This document shows positions 1 to 11,024 of a DNA stretch of 24,435 nucleotides, one piece after another. A program made the position numbers and the translations under genes. How positions within the stretch are numbered: the stretch's first letter is position 1; the number at the start of each line of letters is the position of its first letter. This stretch comes from Brachionus calyciflorus (Eukaryota). The notes beneath the pieces were generated by a model. The model ran no database searches and was not told the origin of the DNA. It saw only the letters and a program-made list of their open reading frames with translations. Where the stretch lies: contig CAJNOC010000253.1 in NCBI GenBank assembly GCA_905250105.1, positions 23,720 to 48,154 of the forward strand, read 5' to 3'.

Positions 1-385
1 TTTTTATTTTTTTAAAAAATTTAAATTATGATTTGTATTTTAGCCTGAAGAAGCCCTATAGAGGGACGAAACCGGTGGTGCTACTTTTATTAAAAATTTT
101 TTAAAAAATAGTTTATTTTTGTTTTAAATAAAGTTTTTGAAATTGATTTTTGTTTTTCTTATTATTTTTTTTATTATTAAAAAAATGGGTTCGATCGGCT
201 CTATTGATTATAAAACAAATTATTTTTATTTAAAATAAAACTTTATTTTATAAAATAATATTTATTCAATTAAATCTAAATATAAGAGCTGACCGGTTTC
301 GGCTAAAAGCCTTTGTCAAAGCCTTCTTTTATAAGTTTAAAACTTGTTAATTGGCAGAAGCCTGTTGATAGAACTGATAAAAAAG

Positions 386-470
386 AGGATGAAGCATAAT
401 TCGAAATGTGATTGTAACAATCTTAATTTTGTACCTTTTTTGAATATAATTTCTCGATGTTTTTCGAAAT
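386..470. repeat. Short repeat family member, related to 1297..1400 (shared 'gatgaagcataattcgaaat...gattgtaacaatctta..tttgtaccttttttgaa.ataatttctcgatgttttt' with a 21-bp indel)
   Basis: Two diverged copies about 900 bp apart. The minus-strand ORFs 347..556 and 1209..1427 are read across these repeats in different frames, so they are probably not genuine genes. Confidence 0.6.
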
Positions 471-1017
471 ATTGGGTAATCGAATTTTGGAGAAAAAAAT
501 TTCTTCCAGGTAAAAAATGTTGAAATAAAAATTAACTTGTATTGACAAATTATCATTAATTTTTGTTAACATGATGATTAATAATTTTGATAATCGAAAT
601 TTGAAGTATCATGAAAAGGAAAAGAAATGGTTTTTTTGTTTATAAAACTTAAAAATATTTGAAATATTTCGTTTGAAATTAGCCCAAATACTGTAATTAG
701 ATTAGTATAAAAGCATGTAAATATTTAATGTAAGAAATCATCATTTTAATTTCAAATTTTTTACAAAATTCAAAAGTCAAATAATTCAAAAATGGTATAC
801 GCTTATGGTTTAGTCGCTCCAGTTTTCGCCGTTACTCCAGTCGTACCAGTTGTACCAGTAGTTAGACCGGTTGCAGTAGCAGTCCCATATGTTGCACCAA
901 GATGGGTATGGTATTAAAAAGAGTCCTTTCTAGGCTTATTCTAAATTAGCTCCTTATGTTTATAGTTTTCCTTTATAAATATTTTTTTAGTAAATAAATT
1001 TTAGCTAGAAAATATTA
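465..1017. repeat. Copy A of a ~553-bp segmental duplication (partner at 6856..7407; offset 6391 bp, near-identical)
   Basis: Direct comparison: 465..1017 matches 6856..7407 base-for-base apart from a few substitutions (e.g. 'catgtaaatatttaatg' vs 'catgtcaaaatttaatg'). Identity ends at 'gctagaaaatatt'. Confidence 0.9.
792..917 (+). CDS. Small ORF, 41 aa, Val/Pro/Tyr-rich hydrophobic peptide (MVYAYGLVAPVFAVTPVVPVVPVVRPVAVAVPYVAPRWVWY), copy A
   Basis: ATG at 792, TAA at 915-917. TATAAAAG box at 706-713, about 80 nt upstream; 'aataaa' downstream. Identical ORF in duplicate copy B. Below the ORF-track length cutoff. No recognisable homologue; low-complexity, signal-peptide-like N-terminus. Confidence 0.45.
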   Translation: MVYAYGLVAPVFAVTPVVPVVPVVRPVAVAVPYVAPRWVWY

Positions 1018-1296
1018 TCTAATATTTATTTTGTTAAAATTAATTAATATGATTTAGTCAATTAATATTCTTCGAAAAAAAAACTCTTTCTAATCTAATA
1101 AAAATTAATTTCAATTCATTCAACTCAACCGAATTGACTAGTGTCAGGCCCAAAAGAGGGTCGATTGAGTCCATTTATTTCAAAAAGAAAAAATAATAGT
1201 TATAAAAATCAATCAAGATTTTTATTGGGTCTGCCTCTACCCCTTATTTGCGGGATATTTACTATTTCAATAACATGTGGATCAACTGCCAAACTA

Positions 1297-1400
1297 GAAG
1301 ATGAAGCATAATTCGAAATTCTTTGATTTTCCTCTAATGAGATTGTAACAATCTTAAACTTTGTACCTTTTTTGAAAATAATTTCTCGATGTTTTTTAAA
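1297..1400. repeat. Second member of the same short repeat family as 386..470
   Basis: See 386..470. Contains a 21-bp insertion relative to copy 1. Confidence 0.6.
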
Positions 1401-2126
1401 GTAAATATATCTCAAATATTTCCTCATCTATTATTTGAGCCAAAATGTCGGGTTAAAAGAGACAAAAACTTTCTAATGACACTAAGTTGTCAATTATGAA
1501 TTTAAAAGAAACAATTGGCGATCTGGTGTGGATATTGCGATAGAATTCGGGCTTGATCGTTCAACAGAGTGATGTTAATTTATTTGCAATACTTTACTAT
1601 GTAAAAATTAAAATTAAAATAGCCCAATTTAAATAAAAAAAGTTTAAATTGAAAAAAAAACTTGCCATTCTTTATTTCGATAAAAGAAGGTGAAAATTGT
1701 CAGCAAGTGCATTTCTTTTTTTGAGCAATTTAATTGCGTTGACTCTAGTCGAATAAAGCAGGGAATTTGTTTAAAATTGTGTCAAACTCAAAGTTTAACA
1801 AATTTAAAACAATCGAAAATCTCTAATTATTTTAAAAATTGTTAGTTAATTTTTTCTTCCGTTTTCTATCTTTTATAAAAGAGTAAATAACTAAATCTCT
1901 CTAGAAAATAAATTTAAAAAAAAATTAGTTTTTATAATGTCTCATTTTGATTATATTCCCTTTTTCAGGATCCGTGGGATGACATTATCGCGAGATGACT
2001 GTCCTGAAGTTAAATTACTTCTAAATTGATGAGACCTATAAAAAATTTTTCTGATATTGTCTATTATAGTGTTGATTGTACTTAATCCGAAGTACTTAAG
2101 TCAACTAAATCTAAACATTTTTTTTC

Positions 2127-2820
2127 TTATTTATGCAATTGGTTGACTTTGATCGTAAAAAAATCTGCTAAGTCTCCATCTTCCATTTCCTCTAATTTTT
2201 CGTATTGAATAACTCTATCATAAAATTCATCATCCAAATCCTCAAAATTAAAAGCTTCTAGATCGTTTGTTAAATCATTTAAATTGCTAATCGAAAAAAG
2301 TCTAAAAAAATTATTATTTTTAGCAATAGCTTGCAAAATTGCTTCAAAAGTACCATCGCCTATAAATAAATTCATCAAGATATGATTGCAAAAATTTTCT
2401 ATTAACTCCTCTCTTTTCTTTAAATGTCCTTTCGCTTTAAATGTCCGTTCATAAAGACCAAATACCCAAATACGCTCGCTTTTTAAATCTTTTCCTCTAT
2501 TGTGCTTGACGCCAAAAAACATCGATTCATCAATCTCCATTCCTTGATTTGTACCACCAAGAAATATTCTTTTAGAAATATTCTATTTATTTATTTAGCT
2601 CTTGTAGGCAAATTGATCTTAGCATCTTAAAAATTGCCGATTACTTGAGTTGATGTCATTTTGACAAAGGGCACGAAAACTATTTTTTCAAATAGATATA
2701 TGAGTTGTTACATCTCCATGAAAATTGATCCGAAACATTACTTCTTTTAGACTAATTTGTTATTTTATTACACTTTGGACAAATAGCTGGATCAGATTTA
2801 ATAATATTTTTATTACTCAT
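2127..2820 (-). pseudogene. ISXO2-like (IS1595-family DDE) transposase relic with internal stops and frameshifts
   Basis: Minus-strand translation gives an N-terminal zinc-ribbon-like 'MSNKNIIKSDPAICPKCNKITN*' and 'FSWRCNN' (around 2700-2820). It then gives 'MEIDESMFFGVKHNRGKDLKSERIWVFGLYERTFKAKGHL...' (2127..2540), matching the '(E/I)DESYFGG..KRGRG...VFG(I/L)ERGG' core of ISXO2-like transposases. The reading frame is broken between the pieces. Confidence 0.6.
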
Positions 2821-2999
2821 TTATATTTCTTTATTCTATCGAAAGACTTTTTAAAGCTTGACTGATCATGACATGGTAAGGGACTAATCGTTTTTATTAA
2901 AAAAAGTATTGTTTGTACAAAATCAATCAATACTTATAGAAGATATCGAGCTTATTTATTATTAATTTTAAATAAAATCTCATAAATTTAGTTTTTTCT

Positions 3000-4500
3000 A
3001 TTGTTATAAAGCACATAACATTAAAGAACAGAAATTTCTAGATAAATTAGAAGAATTTATCGATTCCCTAAATTTAGATGAACCATTGTTTATCATTGGG
3101 GATTTAAACTTAGATTACAGCTCGAATGTTAATTCGAATATTAGGAATTTACTGATAACAATGATATTTTGAAATTCGTTGAAAAACCGACATGAATTTT
3201 CGAAAAGTTTTAAAAAAAAAAGAATACAGCATAGTGTTCATCAACACTAATTGATTTACTCCTCCAAATTTGTGATCTAGTCTATGAAACGATAATGATT
3301 TACTGAGACTCAAACATCAAAGTTAAGAAATTTATGATAATATATCCTTCAGCTTATGAAAATGATGAACTTTTAAATATAATAATTTCTTAAAGTTGAC
3401 CTGGAATCAGTGAAATACCAACAATAATATTTAAATAATAATCTATTAAACTCAGAACAACTTTTGCCCCCTTTTTAACTATGCAGTTTTATCTTATAAT
3501 ATACCAAATGAACTGTAATAAAACTATTGTTTAAGAAAAAAGGCTTAAGTGAACATTTAAATAATTATCGTGGAATTTCAATCCTCTGTAATTGACAAGC
3601 GTACTATAAATAAATAAATCGAGATATAGAAATAGTTTTTTTAGATAAATTTATTGGGTAGAGTTGAAATTAATTCAGCACAACGTTTTATATGATGACA
3701 GGAAATCGCTCTTTTACACCTCACTTCAGTTGCCAAACTATTTGAAAAACTGATTTATAAGCAAATACTCGAATATCTTAATACCAATAATTTCATTTCG
3801 GGTGACCAGCATGGGTTTAAGGCTAATTTCAGTATTAAATCTGCGCTACATGAAATAATAACAGAAATCAACTAGATTAGGGGTAAACGCTTGATTGGTT
3901 TACTTCTTTTTATCGATTTCCGAAAAGCTTTTGATACAAAAGATTATTCAAGTTTCAAGGTTAATTAACAGGCTAGTGCCCATATCTATTTGTAGACTGA
4001 TTAAAACTTCGTTTATTCATTAAAATAAAAATAAAAGAAATAAACATATTTAAACATTAATTTTTTTTTTCATAAAAAAAAATTAAATTTTACTTAATTT
4101 CAAAAAAAAAAACATTTTATTTTCAAATTTAATTTATCAAAAATCTTAATTTATTTTTTATAAATCTAGTTGATATTGTTAAACATTGACAATTTAAATG
4201 TACTAAACTTAAGTACCAATTTATCAACAACGAATTTATTCGATAATCTTGAAAAAATATATTTAAATGTTTTTCTGCACTTTTTGTTCTTGATCCACAT
4301 TCAATAATTTGATCTTTATTTCTTAAATCATATCGGTCTTCAGTTCAGGCCTTAAATTAATTAAAACTTATTTTGATAATCGTCTTCAATTTGTGAAAAT
4401 TGACGATATTATTTCCGATCAATTAGAGTTAAAACTTGGTGCTTCACAAGGCATTGTTTTTGGGGGCTTAACTTTCGTCGAAGAGTAAATATAATTTGGA
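3000..4500 (+). mobile_element. Degraded non-LTR retrotransposon (LINE) fragment: APE-type endonuclease remnant followed by reverse transcriptase, multiple stops and frameshifts
   Basis: Translations: 'EFIDSLNLDEPLFIIGDLNLDYSSNV' (about 3040-3130) and 'STLIDLLLQICD' (about 3240), endonuclease-like. 'LTSVAKLFEKLIYKQILEYLNTNNFISGDQHGFKANFSIKSALHEII...LLLFIDFRKAFDT' (3700-3960), RT motifs. 'LIKTYFDNRLQFVKIDDIISDQLELKLGASQGIVFGGLTF' (4350-4480; RT 'GVPQGSVLGPLLF' region). Confidence 0.7.
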
Positions 4501-5110
4501 ATGTTATCAGCATTGGCTTATAAAGAAAATTTGCCGTTTTCTTTTTAAATTTTAAATGATAACAATTCACCAGTTTCAGATTCAGAGCCAATTAAATCTT
4601 GAAAACCAAAACTAAATTAGAGCCAAAACTGATCAATATTTTTAACAATCAACGGAAAAAAACTTTAAAAATTTTAACCTCGTTTACAAATATTTAACAT
4701 CGGGAAAATTTTACTTAATATAACCATGTTATAAAAAAAGGTAATTTTATATAATTTTTTATTAATAACAATTTACTAGTTAGATTAAAAATGTCACTGA
4801 CAAAAAATGATGAAAACAAAACAATTTTGTATAATCTTAAGAATAATGATTAGTTTTTTATTCCATCTTATGGCAAATACAATGACAATATGAAATGGAC
4901 TTATGCCTCCTTCTTCATAAAGTTTTTGAATTCTTGATAAAAGACCTTAAGCTGAATTACGATCATTTTTGTAAGAGAAAAGAAAATAATATTAATTTGT
5001 TTTTTCCAAAGTTTTGTGAACTTTATGTAAAATCTGATTTAAATTTTAAATTACCTTACTGGAAATATGTTAATGGTAGAACTCATATAAAATTCTGCAA
5101 GATTAATACA

Positions 5111-5390
5111 TATAACACTTGCAACACTTATTATGTTTTAGGAATAGTGACATTTAAATTATAATAATAACACTTAGTAACACTTAATTTTATTTCTTAA
5201 TAACACTTTATTTCTGATATAAAATATGTATCGATTTCAAAGGGCGATCAAAATATAGATCTTTCTTAATAAATTTCATTACAAGCTTAAAGAATGTTTT
5301 ATGTTAATACATTATTTATTCTTATTTTCAATCATAATTTAGGTCTTACTATTCGTAAAACATAATAAGTGTTGCAAGTGTTATAAGTGT
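5111..5390. repeat. Hairpin/MITE-like element bounded by a perfect 29-bp inverted repeat ('ataacacttgcaacacttattatgtttta')
   Basis: 5111..5139 is the exact reverse complement of about 5362..5390. The interior is AT-rich with reiterated 'taacactt' motifs. Track ORF 4895..5164 runs into it and is not credible. Confidence 0.7.
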
Positions 5391-5935
5391 TTGTATTGCA
5401 GAACTTTATATGAGTAATGGTAGATTGGTTGTTTTTAATGTATTTAATTAGTCAAATTCACTATTTTAGAAACGAATAGCTAAGACTAGAGTCAATTTCA
5501 AGAAACTTGACTGCTACTGAAGTAAATAAATTAAGAGCATTTAACTCTTGAGCTGCAATAAATCAGCTTGGGTTACTTTTGTAACGTTACAAAATTCCTT
5601 TTTGAGTATATAGAATTTTACTAAGAAAAAAAAGTAAAAAAATATAAATTTTCTTAGAAAATTAAATTAAATAATTAATTCTTCATTTGAATACCTGTAT
5701 CTGATTCTGACTCAAAATTGTCATTAAGTAAAAAACGAATGTTCGAATTCCATATTTTACGAAAGTATCAACAGATATTTCTTTATCCCTTAGAACCGCA
5801 ATATTTGGTTGCAATATTGGATCGTTAATAGTTTCTAATTTATTTCTTAGTGGAGGCTTTTTATGTTAAGACAAACATATAGTTATTAAAAAAAATATTA
5901 GATTTGACTACACTCAAATGCAAATTTAATTTTAA

Positions 5936-5990
5936 ATAGCATCAAAAGTTTCAATAGCATCAAAAGTTTCAATAGCATCAAAATGCTTCC
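5936..5990. repeat. Tandem repeat, about 2.7 copies of a 20-bp unit 'atagcatcaaaagtttca'
   Basis: Read directly from the sequence. Confidence 0.85.
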
Positions 5991-5998
5991 ACATTATA

Positions 5999-6340
5999 TT
6001 AAAATGTGTGGAAAAAATAAGTCATTGAGTCATCTCCTTTAGGTAAATTAAACATAGTTTTAAAAATTAATTGTAACGTTATCATATCAAAGCGTTTGAG
6101 TGAATAAAATATGTCAGTAGTTTTGTAAAATCCATTTTCAAAAAAAATAAAATTATTGTTACTAAAGTCAACGGTTGCTTCAATAATTATACTCTGTTGT
6201 CCATCTGATGAAAGATCTGATACAAAATCTTGACTTGGAGAGCTTGAAGCATTATCCGAATTATTTGAAATAAGCTCATAATCTTCCATAAACTTTTGGT
6301 TTGAACAAAAATCTTCTAAACTTAAGCTATTGGAATCCAT
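5999..6340 (-). CDS. Hypothetical ORF (113 aa), Ser/Asp/Asn-rich, no recognisable domain
   Basis: ATG-initiated ORF from the track. Composition is plausible for a disordered protein, but it has no homology or splice support. Confidence 0.15.
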   Translation of the reverse strand: MDSNSLSLEDFCSNQKFMEDYELISNNSDNASSSPSQDFVSDLSSDGQQSIIIEATVDFSNNNFIFFENGFYKTTDIFYSLKRFDMITLQLIFKTMFNLPKGDDSMTYFFHTF

Positions 6341-6399
6341 TTTAATTTAAATTATTAAAGAAAAAGCTATACTAAGTTAGTAAATTTATAGCTTTTAAA

Positions 6400-6640
6400 T
6401 TACTAAGTCCAAAGTGTAAAAAAGTTTTTTTTGTTGAGAATTAAGACTGCTAAAATTAAGACTGTTGTAATTTAAACTGTTGAATTTTAGGACTGTTTAA
6501 AATTTGGACTTGAAAAAAGTCTTAATTCTGAACAAATTAATTTGTTTAAAATTAAGACTGTTAAGAATTCGGATTTTTAAATTTAGGAGTTAAAAATTAG
6601 GATGTTTGATTTTAGGAAAGAGCTGTTACAAAAGTACTTT
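6400..6640. repeat. Degenerate minisatellite, roughly 15-16-bp units of the 'ttaagactgtt / tttaggactgtt / attaggagtt' type
   Basis: Reiterated 'taagactg', 'taggactg' and 'ttaggag' motifs through the interval. Confidence 0.7.
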
Positions 6641-6855
6641 TTGAAACTTAAGTTTTTTTTTTTTAAATATAACGCGCTACATTTTTCCTTTTTTGAAAAC
6701 GTTACAAAAGTAGGGTTAAAAAAACAATCACGACCAATAAGTCAATAATCATAAACAATTTTTTTAATTTTTACCAAACTTCTTTTGTTTTGACTTAAAA
6801 GACAATTTCAACATGATATAAAAAATTATTATCATTTTTGTAAATAAAAACAATG

Positions 6856-7407
6856 CGAAAAATTAGGTAATCGAATTTTGGAGAAAAAAATTTCTTCCAG
6901 GTAAAAAATGTTGAAATAAAAATTAATTTGTATTGACAAATTATCATTAATTTTTGTTAACATGATGATTAATAATTTTGATAATCGAAATTTGAAGTAT
7001 CATGAAAAGGAAAAGAAATGGTTTTTTTGTTTATAAAACTTAAAAATATTTGAAATATTTCGTTTGAAATTAGCCCAAATACTGTAATTAGATTAGTATA
7101 AAAGCATGTCAAAATTTAATGTAAGAAATCATCATTTTAATTTCAAATTTTTTACAAAATTCAAAAGTCAAATAATTCAAAAATGGTATACGCTTATGGT
7201 TTAGTCGCTCCAGTTTTCGCCGTTACTCCAGTCGTACCAGTTGTACCAGTAGTTAGACCGGTTGCAGTAGCAGTCCCATATGTTGCACCAAGATGGGTAT
7301 GGTATTAAAAAGAGTCCTTTCTAGGCTTATTCTAAATTAGCTCCTTATGTTTATAGTTTTCCTTTATAAATATTTTTTTAGTAAATAAATTTTAGCTAGA
7401 AAATATT
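6856..7407. repeat. Copy B of the ~553-bp segmental duplication (partner 465..1017)
   Basis: See copy A. Confidence 0.9.
7183..7308 (+). CDS. Small 41-aa Val/Pro/Tyr-rich ORF, copy B (identical peptide to 792..917)
   Basis: ATG 7183, TAA 7306-7308. Same TATA box and flanks as copy A. Confidence 0.45.
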   Translation: MVYAYGLVAPVFAVTPVVPVVPVVRPVAVAVPYVAPRWVWY

Positions 7408-7463
7408 TTTTATTAAATTATTTTAAAAAGAAATTAGCTTAGAAAAGTTAATTAAAAATGTAA

Positions 7464-8117
7464 TTAGCATTTAACTTCACAAATCACATGAAGATATGCA
7501 TATGGTTCTCGATTATTCACACCCTGATATTCACGTTTTTCTATGATATATTTATCATACAAAGCATAATTACTACACTCATCTGAACATTCAATATTTA
7601 TTAAATTGTTATAACCATCTACCCATTTCCATTTCTTTTTATCTATTGAATAATAAGCTCCTAACCAATAACCATTATCACTTGAATTCGAATTAGGTAT
7701 TATATTAGGCTGTAGAATTCTTTCACCAATTAATGCTTTACCCAAAAAATTAAAATTAAATTTTTAAAATTATTTTTTTAAAAAATTAAACTGACATCTT
7801 AGAAAATCAAGATCCTCTGAAATATGAATTACGGGTAAATGTCCACCAAACGATAAGCAATAATCCTCGGCAAATAACCATGGCATTTGTAAATCGGCTA
7901 TTGAATACAAATAATTTGTTGATGGTCGTTGAATAAAACCAAAGTTCTGCGGATACAAACAAACTTCATATTTGTTCAAAACAGCTTTGGAAAAAAGAGT
8001 TTTAAAACCATTATTGGAAAATTCACGACCAAAGTTTGGTGATTCAATGACAGGTAAGCTAAAGAAATTTTCAATTAGAAAAAATAGTATGAAAAAATAT
8101 CTTTTGAAATTTTTCAT
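7464..8117 (-). CDS. Secreted C-type lectin domain protein, two exons: 8117..7796 and 7735..7464 (60-nt intron 7795..7736, donor GTCAGT, acceptor AAG)
   Basis: ATG at 8117. Signal peptide 'MKNFKRYFFILFFLIENFFS'. Exon 1 encodes the N-terminal half of the C-type lectin domain ('WLFAEDYCLSFGGHLPVIHISEDLDFL'). Exon 2 encodes 'GYWLGAYYSIDKKKWKWVDGYNN...ECSNYALYD...YAYLHVICEVKC' (WIGL / W.W.DG / C...C C-terminal motifs). The two track ORFs (7770..8117; 7464..7745, TTG-started) share a frame and are separated by stops that a 60-nt phase-1 intron removes. The exact splice sites are inferred. Confidence 0.7.
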
Positions 8118-8196
8118 TTTTAATGATAATCATTTAAAAAAATTTAATTGAAAAAATTTATTTTAATTAAAAAAAATTTAAATTTTAAATTTTTTT

Positions 8197-8493
8197 TTAT
8201 TTGAATTTACAAGTTTTAATTTTTTCATCAAAAACTAAGCCAATGGGACAATTCATAATAAATAATTTTCCATTAGAACAAATTCTAAATTTATTTAAAT
8301 AATTTTTGATTTCACTCAAATGTACGAATTTATTACATTTTATTTCATCCTTTGACAATTTATTATCTTTTTCGATCTGAGCCAAACCTAGTTCCAGGTC
8401 AATAAATTCAGCCGGAACATACTTTTGAATATACGGATAAGATTCCACGTTTATTAGAAAAATTAAGACTAAAACAATAGATTTTAAATTCAT
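8197..8493 (-). CDS. Small secreted protein (98 aa) with a peritrophin-A / CBM14-like chitin-binding core
   Basis: ATG 8493. Signal peptide 'MNLKSIVLVLIFLINVES'. 'CNKF...FRICSNGKLFIMNCPIGLVFDEKIKTCKF' matches the 'C.NG....CP.GL.FD.....C' core. Only 4 Cys instead of 6, hence moderate confidence. Confidence 0.45.
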   Translation of the reverse strand: MNLKSIVLVLIFLINVESYPYIQKYVPAEFIDLELGLAQIEKDNKLSKDEIKCNKFVHLSEIKNYLNKFRICSNGKLFIMNCPIGLVFDEKIKTCKFK

Positions 8494-9687
8494 TTTTTAT
8501 TTAAATAAAAATTAAAAAATGACAAAATTTCCTCATAAAAATTATCTACTTTAGACCAATTATTTATAATTGAGCCGAAAATGTAAACAAAAAAATCATT
8601 AAAAGTCTTGATAACTTAATTAAGCAGAAGATGAAAATTTATTTCATAATAAGGAGTTACACCAGTTGCAGTTGCTTTACTTTTTTATACCAAATTATTC
8701 AGCTTGGCTTTCGTCATCGAAGCAAAATGCAAATCTAACTCAAAGAATTAGAAAATAATAAAAATAATAAAAAATTAAAATTTCGATTTGTTTTTTTTTA
8801 ATTTAAAAATATTTTAAAATTTTTATTTTTTCTAATTTTTTGTCTTAAATCACATATTTAGCGCCGCATTAAACCTCAAAAAAACGTCGATATCAGCTAG
8901 AAACACTAGCATGCGCAAGATGGAGATTAGCGCATGAGAGATAAGGTAGAAAAAAACATATAAAATGTGAATAAAACATAAATAATGAGAACTAAACATA
9001 AATATCTCTGATTATTTCTCCCAAAAATTACAATTTTAGAAATGTGAATAAAACATAAAGTATCTTTAATCCTGAAAATTCGACGAAAAATTTAAATTTT
9101 TGTTTAATTTTTAAGAAATAATATAAATATATAATATTAAAAACCAAATTTATTTTTCAACTTTTAAAAAGATGTATTTTTAGTTAAAAAATTAAAATTT
9201 TTGTTTTTGTTATCAAATTATTTTGCGAAAATATCGATGATTTTGGAATTAGTCGACCTGAAAAATTTATTATTTAACTTAGAATATTTTTTTCTCAAAT
9301 TTTGATGAGTGCCCTATCGTCGAAAAATATCGAGAATAAACTTGCGCAGTTGCCCCTGCTGTGTGATGATGCATTTCGAGTATAGTCACACGACTCGAAC
9401 AAGCCACTACTTACGTAGGTGATAGCTCATAGCTCCTGGCAAATACGAGTATAAATAACCCAAACCAAACCAAACAAAAGACATGTCATTAATTGAATTT
9501 TTCTATTTTAAATAGAATTTTTTTCGGATAGGTTAGAATATAATTTAGGACCTTAAATTCTAAAATTTAAATATTCTAATAAAAAAATTGACATTTAAAA
9601 TAAATTTTATTTATTTACTTTTGACAAAATATTTACAGCTTAAAAGATGGTTAGCCAAAAAAATAAAAACTAACAAAAATAGTTAAT

Positions 9688-11024
9688 TTAATCAGGCACA
9701 TCCAAAACAATAATAACATTATTAGGCTTTAAACTCGAATTATCAATTTGCTTATTATTATTACTTTTTAAAATAAACTCATTTTTAAATTTATTATTGT
9801 TATTTTTAAGCTTGAAAAAAAATGCCAATTTTGATTCTTTACGCTCAGATTTATCCATATCATTCTCATCCGTACTACTCGTATTACCAAATGTAATCAA
9901 TGACGAATTATCCGGTTCAGTATTCAATTCTCTATTGCTTTTCTTATTTGTATATTTAACATTTCCATACAATTTAAGCCATGGCACCCAATTAATCAAA
10001 TACTCACATAAATCTTTTTGTATGCCAAACCACCAAACATTACCCGTACGATTACTAAACGACAATAGTAAAAGACAAACATGAGATACTAATAATGGAA
10101 TAGTACATGAAAAATATGAGATAAAATCTTTTTGTTTTTTTACAATCTTATTTTGATAGTAATAATTTATAAAAATATCGTCTATGTTATAATTATTAGT
10201 AGTGGTCTCGAGTTGTTGGTCGAGTTTACTTATTAATAAAATAAGAAATGTTAAAAAACTAAAATATAAAATTGTCTTGAGCAAAAGACTGAGGAATTTT
10301 TGTGTAAAATTAGTCTGATATATGACATGTGTATCTTGTAGGCTTGATAATTCTCTACCATTTGAATTTCGCTGGGTTAAACGCGACGAAATTATGGTCA
10401 ATATAAACAAGTATAAAAGAATTATTAACCCGATTGACATACACAACCACATAGGTATCATTACTAACTTAAATTAGACTTAAATTTAGAATTAAAAAAT
10501 AAATAATTTTTTTTTTGTTACTTACTATCCATGACCATTGTATAGTTTGGTCTAATCTAAGAGCTATGAAAATAAATTGTAGAATGTTTAGAGAGCAAAA
10601 TATTTCAATTTCGTATGAACGATCATAACGTATTGACCATATTGTTAAAGCTAAAGATAATATGGATAGTATGTACAATGGTATGAAGCATATAGTCCAT
10701 GTTATGTAAATTAAATGATTATTTAATTTGTAACAAATAATAAGCTCGAATAATAAGAGTAATAAATTTGTTAAAAATGCGAATAACATTGATTTAAATT
10801 GGACAAATGTATTGCGATCAAATGGTACTGAATTGTTTTGGCTATTGTTTTTACGAGTCATACGAAACCATACACAACTACCTACAATCATACCGATAAA
10901 AGCTGTTAATTTCCATAGCCATAATGGTGTAAATACAATCCAATATGAAATTTGAATTGTTTGATCGAGACGTAATGAGAATAGTGTAAAGAAAATACTT
11001 GTACAAATTAGAACAAAAAATCGC
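9688..11024 (-). CDS. TMEM185: TMEM185 (FAM11) family multi-pass membrane protein; exons 11024..10526 and 10467..9688 (58-nt intron 10525..10468, GTAAGT...AAG); 5' coding exon not located
   Basis: Translation '[39 protein letters not shown]...[31 protein letters not shown]...NVWWFGIQKDLCEYLINWVPWLKLYGN...VLDVPD*' aligns to vertebrate TMEM185A ('[31 protein letters not shown]', '[26 protein letters not shown]', C-terminal 'MPD'). Upstream acceptor 'tttttaaag|G' at 11025/11024 in phase 2 means the first coding exon (about 13 aa) lies further 5'. Poly(A) signal 'aataaataaaa' just 3' of the stop on the minus strand. Confidence 0.8.

Noticed and set aside
40-330. Possible MITE with termini containing 'cgaaaccggt' / 'accggtttcg'
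   Set aside because: The shared 10-mer includes the palindrome accggt and the flanks do not extend the match. Insufficient.
347-1427. Track ORFs 347..556(-) and 1209..1427(-) as genes
   Set aside because: Both are read across members of a short diverged repeat family in different frames ('KIKIVTITFRIMLH' vs 'KFKIVTISLEENQRISNYASS'). No domain and no coherent frame, so they are likely non-coding repeat sequence.
4409-5164. Track ORFs 4409..4591(-) and 4895..5164(+)
   Set aside because: The first is antisense within the LINE RT remnant; the second runs into the 5111..5390 hairpin element. Neither has homology support.
9797-10084. Track ORF 9797..10084(+)
   Set aside because: Antisense within the well-supported TMEM185 exon.
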